From a virus (Duplodnaviria; Caudoviricetes), in the IMG/VR virus record IMGVR_UViG_3300032285_003896, positions 1 through 63,405 of that record: a DNA stretch of 63,405 bases. The stretch is one strand, 5' to 3'. The translations under genes and the position numbers were made by a program. Positions 56,120 through 63,405 of the stretch are shown here, in pieces (the first letter of the stretch is position 1; each line of letters opens with the position of its first letter). The notes under the pieces were generated by a model. That model was not told where the DNA came from, searched no databases, and was given only the letters and a program-made list of their open reading frames with translations.

Positions 56120-57018
56120 CAGACGATTTAAAAAAGCAAATTATAGAAGAGTTTATACAGTATTGTAAATCTGTACTAAAAATAGAAGAACTACCTCCTA
56201 TTCAATTTACTAATGATAGAGCGTGGGCAGTAGAAAGACATAGTTTTGGAGAATTTGATCCAAATAAAAATACTCTTTTTGTTTATGTAGGTAATAGAAA
56301 TCTAGCAGACATACTTAGAACTCTAGGTCATGAGTTAGTTCATCGTAAACAAGCTGAACTTGGAATGATAAAAAATGGTTCTGGTAAAACAGGATCAGAA
56401 ATAGAGAATCAAGCTAATGCAGTAGCTGGTGTTTTAATGCGTAACTATGGTAAGACTAATGATCTTATATATGAAATTAAGACTCCTAGCCTAAAAGACA
56501 TTTATGAAGAGGAAAAAATATCTAGATTAAAGATATATTGTGATATGGATGGAGTACTTTGTGATTTTGATACTCAATTTGATCATTATTATGGAGTAAA
56601 TCCTAGAGATTATTCAAATGATAAAGGAAAAAAAGTATTTGAAGATGCTGTAGATAAGGCAGGCATACAATTTTGGACAAAAATGCCATGGTTTCCAGGA
56701 GGAAAAGAATTGTGGTCTAAAATATCTCCTTATAGTCCTTCTATAGTTACTAGTCCTGGAAATTTCAAATATGCATTAGAAGGAAAAAAGATCTGGATTA
56801 AAGAAAATCTATCTCCAGAACCAAAAAGTGTCTTTTTTGCTAAAGCAGGAAATAAACACCTAGTAATATCTACTAAACCAGAATCAGAAATTAAAAACTC
56901 TATTCTAATTGATGACTATTTTCCAAATTTAGCCCCATGGAAACAATTAGGAGCTATAGGAATCATGCATAAATCATTTGAAGGAACAAATAACATATTA
57001 AATAAATTTAAGTTATAA
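56116..57018 (+). CDS. fusion of zincin peptidase and HAD 5'(3')-nucleotidase-like domain
   Basis: RTLGHELVH...ENQAN; IYCDMDGVLCDF...TSP...K...ILIDD. Confidence 0.8.
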   Translation: MTDDLKKQIIEEFIQYCKSVLKIEELPPIQFTNDRAWAVERHSFGEFDPNKNTLFVYVGNRNLADILRTLGHELVHRKQAELGMIKNGSGKTGSEIENQANAVAGVLMRNYGKTNDLIYEIKTPSLKDIYEEEKISRLKIYCDMDGVLCDFDTQFDHYYGVNPRDYSNDKGKKVFEDAVDKAGIQFWTKMPWFPGGKELWSKISPYSPSIVTSPGNFKYALEGKKIWIKENLSPEPKSVFFAKAGNKHLVISTKPESEIKNSILIDDYFPNLAPWKQLGAIGIMHKSFEGTNNILNKFKL

Positions 57019-57028
57019 TAAAATTGTT

Positions 57029-57604
57029 ATGGAAGAGAAACAGTCTATGAAAAAGGAGTTCTCTAAAAAGGACGTCCAAAGAATGCGAAATATTATCACA
57101 GGAAAAACTGGAGATAAGACACAAACTCTAGCAGGTTGGGAAAAGAAGCGATCAGATTATAAAGAGGGAGACATTTGGGAAGAGCAAGGAAGATCTTGGA
57201 CTATTAAAAATGGTATAAAACAAACTCTAACTAAGTTAGATGGATTTAAAAAGTTAGTTGTCTTACCATTATGCTGTCCCAGATGTTCTAAACCTATGAA
57301 AGCTAATGATCTTAATAAAAAAATGTATTCTATATATAGCACCTGTTTAAACTGTGCTATTGATATTGAGGCTAAAATGAAATTAGAGGGTACTTTTGAA
57401 GATTATGAAAAAAGAATGATAAATTCTAATAAAAATGCTAGTTTAGAAGACTTTGAAAGAGCCGTAGATCAGTGGTTATTAGATAAAGATACCTTTGTAA
57501 GTGAGGCAGGAGATGTAGAAAGTTGGCAAGGTGGAGACAAAACAAAGATATACCAGGAAATAAAAGCTAACTTGGATAAACTAAAGAATACCGATATTTA
57601 TTAG
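57029..57604 (+). CDS. conserved hypothetical protein with Zn ribbon
   Basis: KEGDIWEE...CPRC...CLNC. Confidence 0.65.
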   Translation: MEEKQSMKKEFSKKDVQRMRNIITGKTGDKTQTLAGWEKKRSDYKEGDIWEEQGRSWTIKNGIKQTLTKLDGFKKLVVLPLCCPRCSKPMKANDLNKKMYSIYSTCLNCAIDIEAKMKLEGTFEDYEKRMINSNKNASLEDFERAVDQWLLDKDTFVSEAGDVESWQGGDKTKIYQEIKANLDKLKNTDIY

Positions 57605-57617
57605 CAAATTATATAGT

Positions 57618-58502
57618 ATGCCAGCAACTTCAAAAAAACAACAACAACTAATGGGCATAGTTCATGCTCTACAAACAGGAGACATGAAACCTTCACAAGC
57701 ATCAGGTAAAGCAAAAGAAATGGCTAAATCAATGAAAAAAGGAGATGTAACTGACTTTGCATCTACTAAACATAAAGGACTTCCTAAAAAAGTAAAAAAA
57801 GAAAACCTAGACGGAGCAATTGAAACCTTATATATGGTTCAAAAGCCATATGCAGGATGTGAATTAACTTCACTAGTAAAACCTATTGATCCATTAGTTG
57901 GTCTTGAAGGCAGTGAAATAGTTGCAGATCAAGTTCATGGAGTTTACCCTGATCAAGATCAAGCTGACGTAGTTGCCAATGAACTTTATGAAGCTTATTG
58001 TGCAAAAGAAGATATGCTTGAAGAGAAAAAAGGTCAGGTTGGAGAAAAAATTAAAAAGGCTATTGATCAACTTGAAAAAAAGCATAAAGAACATATTAAT
58101 TTAGCAAAAGAAGATCCTAAAAATGCTTCTAAACATAAAGAACATATTGCTAAAATAGCCCATCAGATCGACGATCTTATGACTAAATTAGAAAAGATTG
58201 AAAAATCTAAAAAAGAAATTAAAAAAGACGAAAAAAAGAGTCTTAAAGAAGCTTATGAAGTTCATTTTTCAGATGGAGTAAGACAAGCTAAAAAATTTAA
58301 AGATCCAAAAGCGGCACTTAGTTTTGCTAAGCAATTAATAAGCACTAATAAAAATTTACAAAGTGTAGATGTATTCAATGCTGGACCAAATTTTCATTCA
58401 ACAGCTGATACAGATGCAGTAATTGCTTGGTGGGGACCGGGTTCTTATATGGATAATAAATCAAAAAAAGATGCTAAATTAGCAGCTAAAAAAATAAAAT
58501 AA
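57618..58502 (+). CDS. modular late protein with DUF3008-like N-terminus
   Basis: MPATSKKQQQLMG...AKSM...DFASTKHKGLP; late motif at 57594. Confidence 0.6.
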   Translation: MPATSKKQQQLMGIVHALQTGDMKPSQASGKAKEMAKSMKKGDVTDFASTKHKGLPKKVKKENLDGAIETLYMVQKPYAGCELTSLVKPIDPLVGLEGSEIVADQVHGVYPDQDQADVVANELYEAYCAKEDMLEEKKGQVGEKIKKAIDQLEKKHKEHINLAKEDPKNASKHKEHIAKIAHQIDDLMTKLEKIEKSKKEIKKDEKKSLKEAYEVHFSDGVRQAKKFKDPKAALSFAKQLISTNKNLQSVDVFNAGPNFHSTADTDAVIAWWGPGSYMDNKSKKDAKLAAKKIK

Positions 58503-58864
58503 TGGAACCATACGCACTATTTATTGGAACTTTATTTCAATCTAGAAATCAAGCTCACATTTATCACTTGCAAACTAATTCTTTCGCAGTTCATAAAGCT
58601 CTACAAGAGTATTATGAAGAGATCGTTGAATTAGCTGATGGTCTAGTTGAATCATATCAAGGTAGATACGGTATTCTTCGTGGATATAAAATGGAAAATG
58701 CTATTAAAGAAGATGATAATCCTGTAATGTATTTTGATGCACTATCTAAATTTGTAGAAGTAATTAGAACAAAGGTACCGCAAGATTCTTATATTCAGAA
58801 TGAAATTGATAATGTAGTTGGTCTTATTGAATCAACAAAATATAAGCTTAAATTTTTACATTAA
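58502..58864 (+). CDS. ferritin/Dps-like four-helix protein (DUF5856-like)
   Basis: QAHIYHLQT.SFAVHKAL.EYYE...DGLVESYQG...YKLKFL. Confidence 0.75.
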   Translation: MEPYALFIGTLFQSRNQAHIYHLQTNSFAVHKALQEYYEEIVELADGLVESYQGRYGILRGYKMENAIKEDDNPVMYFDALSKFVEVIRTKVPQDSYIQNEIDNVVGLIESTKYKLKFLH

Positions 58865-59202
58865 TGTACGAATTAAACGAAGGCGAATTCTGCCCACAAT
58901 GTTTGGCTGAATACATTAAAGAGTGCTGGGGTAAACCTATGGAAGAGTTAGAGGAAGCAGAATATAGAGGCAGAAAAGTAACTCTAGGTAAACCCTTTTT
59001 AACACCAGACGGTCCTAAGAAAAGATCTGTATATGTTAAGAATGCTAAAGGAAATGTGGTTAAAGTTAACTTTGGACAAAAAGGAGTTGCAATAAAAAAG
59101 CATCTTCCAAAACATAGAAAAAGTTATAGAGCTAGACATCATTGTGATACTAATCCTGGACCTAGATGGAAAGCAAATTATTGGAGTTGTAGAGCATGGT
59201 AA
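58864..59202 (+). CDS. conserved basic phage protein
   Basis: KVNFG...RKSYRARHHCD...ANYWSC. Confidence 0.65.
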   Translation: MYELNEGEFCPQCLAEYIKECWGKPMEELEEAEYRGRKVTLGKPFLTPDGPKKRSVYVKNAKGNVVKVNFGQKGVAIKKHLPKHRKSYRARHHCDTNPGPRWKANYWSCRAW

Positions 59203-59672
59203 AAGATGAAGAAATAGTATGTAATAATTGTGGATGGCATTGGAAGCTGTCTGATGGTGGTAAAGACCCATATACCTGTCATAAATGTGGACATAATAAT
59301 AAAGAAATGAAACTAACAGAAATTTTAAAAGAAATGGCTAAAACTGATATTCACTTTCAGAATATAGTTGATACTTTTGTTAATAGTGATAATCACACTA
59401 AACAAAATATTGCCAAGTACGTATCAGGACAACCTCATTTAAATCTTGATAAATTAGAAAAAGACTTATTAGAATTAGGTCACGATGATGTTGTTGAGAT
59501 TGAAAAAGAATTAGGTATCTATGATTTAGAAGAGAAAAAAGAAAAGCCTGGTCTTTGGGCAAATATAAGAGCTCAAAGAGCTAGAGGCGAAAAACCTGCC
59601 AGAAAAGGATCAGAAGAATATAAAAAAGCAGTTAAAGCCGCAAAAGAAATTAATAAAGCAACAAAGAAATAA
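59196..59672 (+). CDS. modular hypothetical protein with Zn ribbon
   Basis: CNNC...CHKC; KPGLWANI module. Confidence 0.6.
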   Translation: MVKDEEIVCNNCGWHWKLSDGGKDPYTCHKCGHNNKEMKLTEILKEMAKTDIHFQNIVDTFVNSDNHTKQNIAKYVSGQPHLNLDKLEKDLLELGHDDVVEIEKELGIYDLEEKKEKPGLWANIRAQRARGEKPARKGSEEYKKAVKAAKEINKATKK

Positions 59673-59673
59673 A

Positions 59674-60327
59674 ATGAACAAAGTATCTTTTATCAAAGCC
59701 CTTCTTGAAATGGACGAAGCTTCATTTACTAAGAAATATAATGATGATCCTAAATTAAAAGGAGGACAAAAAAATCTTCCTGATGAATTACAGGCACAAA
59801 TAGTTAAAAAAGAAGGTGCTGACCACGAAGTATTTATGGCAGATGCTAGTTTACAACAAATTATTAAAGATGCTACAGAGTTACTAAATAAAATAGGAAC
59901 CCAAGAAAAAGATTTACCTGGTTGGATTCAAGATCACATAACTAATTCAGAAAATTATATAGCTCAAGCTAATAAAGGTTACCATGAATATAGTGAAGGT
60001 GCAACTAGTGAGTATGATATGGATGAACTTCCAGATGGTTCAGAAGAGAAGTTAGCCGGAGATCAAGAAGATAAAGAAGAAATGTTTCTTAAAAATATGA
60101 TGGAAGATCTTTTTGAAGTTAAAAAGAAAAAACCTTCTGCTGGACTTAGTAAAGCACAAAAATCTACTATAGCTAAGAAAGCTAAAGCTGGTAAAGATGT
60201 TGGAAAAAAAGGAAAAGGATTTGAAAAATTAGCGGCAACAGCAGCTAAAGAATATGGATCAAAAGAAAGAGGTCAAAAAGTAGCTGCTGCTGCAATGTGG
60301 AAAAATGCTGCAAAAAAAGCTAAATAA
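59674..60327 (+). CDS. modular hypothetical protein
   Basis: DHEVFMA...LPGWIQDHIT module and a Lys/Ala-rich tail. Confidence 0.6.
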   Translation: MNKVSFIKALLEMDEASFTKKYNDDPKLKGGQKNLPDELQAQIVKKEGADHEVFMADASLQQIIKDATELLNKIGTQEKDLPGWIQDHITNSENYIAQANKGYHEYSEGATSEYDMDELPDGSEEKLAGDQEDKEEMFLKNMMEDLFEVKKKKPSAGLSKAQKSTIAKKAKAGKDVGKKGKGFEKLAATAAKEYGSKERGQKVAAAAMWKNAAKKAK

Positions 60328-60329
60328 TT

Positions 60330-61814
60330 ATGCAAGTGAGTAATAACGATATATTAAGGACTATACTCTTACAAGAATTAGATAGGATGGAACCTGAAAC
60401 TTCTACGTTTGAGGATGATCCTATGAAATTTATATTAAATAAATATCAAGGTCTTAAAAGCACCTTAGAATATTTAATGACTCCGTCATTTGAAGAGTAT
60501 GTTACAGGTATATATGTTGTAGCTCCTAAACCAACTACATTTAAAATAGTTTTACATAACGGCCAATTTTTCTTTTTACAGTTTATGGGTAAAGCATATG
60601 AAGCAACTGTACAAGGAAAAAAATATTATTTAATGACCATTGGTGAGAAAGAAAGAGCGATGGTTGCTATTTCTAGATTATTAAGATATGGAAATCCTTT
60701 AAAGACTAAAGGTCCAGAAGGAGCAGAACAAGCAACTAGAGATTCAGAAGGACCTGCAGAAGAAGCAGGACCAACACCTCCTGCAGAGACTAGTGCACCA
60801 GAAGGAGAAGAGCCACTAAAAGAATCTAAAATATTAGAAGAAATTCTAAAAAAAGATTTGTTTGAAGCTGATACTTCAAGAGCTTCTAATTTTGAATTTG
60901 CTTTAGTTTTAGCTTGGTATGATACATTCAAACCAAAATCAGACGAAGTATATTCTGTAGGAGGATTAACTCCAGCTCTGATTAAAATTATTAAAGCGGA
61001 TAAAGAAATGTATGCGGGTGCTATGAATGCTATAAAAACTTATAAAAGTACATTCAAAGGAAAATCAGCATATAAAGTACCTCGAACAGCTTCTATTACT
61101 TCTTTTTGGAAAAGTTTTGGTGCATCAGACAATACACCAAAAACAGATGTGTTATTAGGAAGTGCTAGAGTATCTGTAAAAGTAGGAATTGCACAATTAT
61201 TATCTGCGGGAAAAAATGAATCTGAAGCTACTTTAGCTGCATCTGTAAAAAACACTCCTAGTATTAAAGAATCTGATTTATATACAGAATTAGAAAACAC
61301 AGTAAATCAATTTGTTAAAGTAGGTTACACTAAAAGTGGTACAGTAGGAGACGCTTTAAAAACAGGAAAAAATAAAGATATTAATAAAGCTGAAAAATTA
61401 CATAAAAGATCTATGGAACTTTTAAAACAGTTATTCAGTGAAAATAGAGATTTCAAAATAGCTTTTATGAAAGAGGCTATGTCTGGATCTGAAAAATTTG
61501 GACCAGGATCTCCTGCTTGTGCAGAATATGTTTTATCTACAACTAAAAATTTTAGTAATCCTAAATTACATGTTATAGATGATAGTTATTCTGAAAAAGT
61601 AGGAGACCAAGTTAGAATTCAAGTAAGATTTAAAAGTACTAGTGAAAAACTTAAATCTGGAAAAACAGGAAGATATAGATTCTGGACAGCGTTGTCTGGT
61701 ATTTTAGATCCATCAAAAATAAGTGAAGAAGAACTTATGGAAGATGGTGGTGATTCTAGCACTCCTATAGATGTTGACGTATTAGGTAACGATAGTGTTG
61801 ACTTTGGAGTATAA
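60330..61814 (+). CDS. two-domain protein with C-terminal PD-(D/E)XK-like nuclease
   Basis: Acidic Pro-rich linker, then FE...TPKTDV...VSVK. Confidence 0.5.
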   Translation: MQVSNNDILRTILLQELDRMEPETSTFEDDPMKFILNKYQGLKSTLEYLMTPSFEEYVTGIYVVAPKPTTFKIVLHNGQFFFLQFMGKAYEATVQGKKYYLMTIGEKERAMVAISRLLRYGNPLKTKGPEGAEQATRDSEGPAEEAGPTPPAETSAPEGEEPLKESKILEEILKKDLFEADTSRASNFEFALVLAWYDTFKPKSDEVYSVGGLTPALIKIIKADKEMYAGAMNAIKTYKSTFKGKSAYKVPRTASITSFWKSFGASDNTPKTDVLLGSARVSVKVGIAQLLSAGKNESEATLAASVKNTPSIKESDLYTELENTVNQFVKVGYTKSGTVGDALKTGKNKDINKAEKLHKRSMELLKQLFSENRDFKIAFMKEAMSGSEKFGPGSPACAEYVLSTTKNFSNPKLHVIDDSYSEKVGDQVRIQVRFKSTSEKLKSGKTGRYRFWTALSGILDPSKISEEELMEDGGDSSTPIDVDVLGNDSVDFGV

Positions 61815-61821
61815 TTTATAC

Positions 61822-61860
61822 AAAATAAATTTTTTTATATCAATTTTTTGTTGTATATTG
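61822..61860 (+). promoter_or_regulatory. early/middle promoter
   Basis: AAAATAAATTTTTTTATATC...GTATATTG. Confidence 0.6.
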
Positions 61861-61878
61861 TAAGAGTAAATTAAGTTT

Positions 61879-62124
61879 ATGGCTAAGAAAGAAATTGGTT
61901 TTAGAAAAATAAAGACTATAGAAGGCATTATTATGCAACTTTATGAGGACAAAGGAGGAATATATAAACCCCACTGCGCAACAGGTCCTGCAATAATTTA
62001 TCCAGATTCGGATAAAAGAACTTCAGAATACTATTTTTACGGCGTTAAATATGACCACAATAAGTGGTATGAATTAACTAAATCATATAGGACCCCAGAT
62101 CCTAAAGAAGATTTAGATGATTGA
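61879..62124 (+). CDS. hypothetical protein with one HxxxGPA...EYY unit
   Basis: PHCATGPAIIY...EYYFYG. Confidence 0.6.
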   Translation: MAKKEIGFRKIKTIEGIIMQLYEDKGGIYKPHCATGPAIIYPDSDKRTSEYYFYGVKYDHNKWYELTKSYRTPDPKEDLDD

Positions 62125-62148
62125 TAAATATTTATAAGTAAAAAGACA

Positions 62149-62511
62149 ATGCAACCATTTAACATCCAGAAATACTTAACCGAGAATAACCTCACTATTA
62201 TTTCTAAAATCAGAGAAGATGTTCAAGACTCTGAAGATCAAGAACCTACTAAAGATGATTTAAAATCAACAGAAAAAGATTTTAGAGATCTTGATAAAAA
62301 GAAAAAAGAATACGCAGATCTTCAATCAAAAGTAAAAGCTATTATAGCTAAATACACAGAAAAATCTCCAGATGGAACTTTAAAACTTAAAGATGTAGCT
62401 GGATATAAAATAGCTGTAGGTAATATTCCTGACAGATTAAGACTTCTTAAACAACAGATAGACTCTGTAGAACAACCTAAATTAGACCAAAATGAAAAAG
62501 ACACTGATTAG
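62149..62511 (+). CDS. late protein, probably head-packaged
   Basis: ATATTTAT at 62128; MQPFNIQKYLTEN. Confidence 0.6.
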   Translation: MQPFNIQKYLTENNLTIISKIREDVQDSEDQEPTKDDLKSTEKDFRDLDKKKKEYADLQSKVKAIIAKYTEKSPDGTLKLKDVAGYKIAVGNIPDRLRLLKQQIDSVEQPKLDQNEKDTD

Positions 62512-63184
62512 CATTTCCGTAATTCTTGTAGCATTAATTGCTATATGGTATTTATTTGTTTTTAGCCCTGCTAAATTTGATACTAAACCTTATGAAGCAA
62601 AAATAGATTCACTTCAACATGGGATTGATTCTATCGCTCTTGTAAATGATACATTAGAACTTGGTATAGATTCTCTACAAGGAGAAAATTTAATTTTAGT
62701 TGAAAAAACTGATTTACTTAAAGGTAAAATATCTGATTTAAAGTTTAGTTTAAAACAATCTGAATTATCTCATTTATATACTCCTAGTCAAGTAGATAGT
62801 TTCTTTGTAGCTAGATATCCTGAAAAATATGCTGAGGTATCTAATGATACAACTCAGCTTCCTATTCAAGTAAGTAAAGCTGTAATAGTTGATTTGCAGC
62901 AAGGAGATATTAATAAAAATATTGTAATTGCTCAAGATAGTGCTATTTTAAATTTAGATCAAACAATACTTAACACTAATCAAATTGTATCTACTTTAAG
63001 AGATAAAGAGGTTAATTATCAATCTATAATTCAAAAACAAATTGAGCAAGGCGATAATTATAAAACTCAAATTGATGGATTAAAAGAAGATATTAAAAAA
63101 AGCAATAGAAGATTTAAAATTGGTAAAATACAAAAATTTGTTCTAGCAGCTTTAGTAGTAAGTCTTGCTGTAACACACAAATAA
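62492..63184 (+). CDS. membrane-anchored coiled-coil protein (spanin-like)
   Basis: N-terminal TM, long coiled coil and hydrophobic C-terminus. Confidence 0.5.
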   Translation: MKKTLISISVILVALIAIWYLFVFSPAKFDTKPYEAKIDSLQHGIDSIALVNDTLELGIDSLQGENLILVEKTDLLKGKISDLKFSLKQSELSHLYTPSQVDSFFVARYPEKYAEVSNDTTQLPIQVSKAVIVDLQQGDINKNIVIAQDSAILNLDQTILNTNQIVSTLRDKEVNYQSIIQKQIEQGDNYKTQIDGLKEDIKKSNRRFKIGKIQKFVLAALVVSLAVTHK

Positions 63185-63405
63185 TGGCTGATACACAGAT
63201 CAATATAAAAGAAAGAATAAAGGAGGAATTTGTAAAATGCGCAACAGATCCTGTTTACTTTATGAAGAAGTATTACATGATTCAGCATCCACAAAGAGGC
63301 CGTCAATTATTTGATCTGTATCCATTCCAAGAGAAAGTACTAAGATTATTTCAAAAGCATGATTACTCTATAATAAATAAGTCCAGACAGTTAGGTATAT
63401 CTACA
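63184..63405 (+). CDS. terL: terminase large subunit, 5' partial (T4 gp17-like)
   Basis: EFVKCATDPVYF...LYPFQ...KSRQLGIST Walker A region; runs off the window. Confidence 0.9.
   Translation, partial: MADTQINIKERIKEEFVKCATDPVYFMKKYYMIQHPQRGRQLFDLYPFQEKVLRLFQKHDYSIINKSRQLGIST

Noticed and set aside
1-63405. Stop-codon reassignment
   Set aside because: Conserved genes are full length in the standard code, and TAA, TAG and TGA all end genes at tight junctions

Overview
AT-rich fragment of a large, T4-like contractile-tailed dsDNA phage genome, most likely infecting Bacteroidota (no Shine-Dalgarno motifs, A-rich AAAGTTATG leaders, TAnnTTT(A/G) -7 promoters). Three transcription blocks: (+) 1-22.6 kb accessory region of small ORFs with uvsE, a metallophosphoesterase, DUF932, HExxH peptidases, a tRNA-like RNA and four related early-promoter cassettes carrying 25-bp IHF-like palindromes; (-) 22.7-52.7 kb with a gp55-like sigma factor, baseplate and tail genes, and a glycosyltransferase island beside mucin-like Thr/Pro/Ser repeat proteins; (+) 53-63.4 kb with primase, a PD-(D/E)XK nuclease, a kinase/nucleotidyltransferase/peptidase-HAD operon, many probable head-packaged proteins and the start of the large terminase. 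Best candidate for a new system: phage-encoded mucin-type O-glycosylation (two GT60-like GlcNAc transferases plus a TPS-repeat tail protein), apparently inserted into a split tail-collar gene. All family calls come from motif recognition by eye; no database searches or folding computations were run.
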